Shown here: positions 45,006 through 45,377 of the stretch, one piece after another
How positions within the stretch are numbered: position 1 is the first letter of the stretch
How the letters are laid out: every line of letters begins with the position of its first letter
Assembly: GCA_034428855.1 (NCBI GenBank)
Contig: DAOUGX010000001.1
Location: forward strand, 1-45,377
DNA from: Anaerolineaceae bacterium
Lineage (GTDB): Bacteria; Chloroflexota; Anaerolineae; Anaerolineales; Anaerolineaceae
Length of the DNA stretch: 45,377 bases
Direction of reading: 5' to 3'
Position numbers and translations under genes: made by a program
Notes under the pieces: model-generated
Told to the model about the DNA's origin: nothing
Seen by the model: the letters and a program-made list of their open reading frames with translations, nothing else
Databases searched by the model: none

Positions 45006-45377
45006 CTACTGTAAAATTTTTGTGATAACGCCAGCGCCTACGGTCAGACCACCTTCGCGGATAGCGAATTTTGAGCCCTGCTCCAATGCCACCGGGACGA
45101 TCAGTTCGACCATCATGTTGACGTTGTCACCTGGCATAACCATTTCCACACCTTCTGGCAGGGTGATCGACCCGGTTACATCCATCGTGCGGATGTAGAA
45201 TTGGGGGCGATATCCCGGGAAGAATGGTTTGTGGCGTCCACCTTCATCACGGCGTAATACGTATACTTCGGCCATGAATTTGGTATGGGGGGTGATGCTG
45301 CCCGGTTTAGCTATAACCATTCCACGTTCAACATCATCGCGGTTGATTCCGCGCAGTAATAAGCCTAAGTTGTCTCC
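45006..45377 (-). CDS. tuf: Elongation factor Tu, C-terminal part (5' end outside window)
   Basis: The frame is open to the window edge ([34 protein letters not shown]...). Domain 3 shows [18 protein letters not shown] and [19 protein letters not shown]. Confidence 0.95.
   Translation of the reverse strand, partial: GDNLGLLLRGINRDDVERGMVIAKPGSITPHTKFMAEVYVLRRDEGGRHKPFFPGYRPQFYIRTMDVTGSITLPEGVEMVMPGDNVNMMVELIVPVALEQGSKFAIREGGLTVGAGVITKILQ

Overview
Core-genome window from an AT-rich bacterium. Gene content and order look Chloroflexota/Terrabacteria-like, but that placement is tentative. Plus strand, 0-9 kb: the 3' part of clpC, then a co-directional string (gmd, LMW phosphatase, small MazG, LOG-like, archaeal-type proS, orphan ORF), then rpsO-pnp. 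Minus strand, 9-22 kb: a solitary murE, an F0-only ATP synthase cluster (atpZ-like, atpB, atpE, b-delta fusion), and directly upstream a complex I cluster encoding only membrane-arm subunits (nuoA-H-J-K-L-M-M-N), with two NuoM paralogues and an unusually long NuoL. 22.3-24.8 kb: three uncharacterised envelope genes (DUF4097/Toastrack-like beta-helix protein with a SHOCT-like helix, a SHOCT-like membrane protein, a bitopic membrane protein). These diverge from a solitary tryptophanase across a 218-nt extremely AT-rich control region. 26.3-45.4 kb, minus strand: a YabN-like methylase-MazG fusion and an uninterrupted ribosomal supercluster tuf-S10-spc-alpha-truA-rplM-rpsI. The supercluster holds 28 r-protein genes, including an rpmJ missing from the ORF track, plus secY, adk, map and rpoA. 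I saw no rRNA, tRNA, CRISPR array, transposase/integrase or recognisable defence genes. I do not see a clear-cut new system. The most unusual items are the 2M-type, membrane-arm-only complex I cluster abutting an F0-only atp cluster; a b subunit fused to only the C-terminal domain of delta; an RG-repeat tail on PNPase; a 274-nt structured spacer inside the S10 operon; and the Toastrack/SHOCT gene trio. All calls rest on reading the translations and nucleotide motifs by eye. No searches or folding computations were run.
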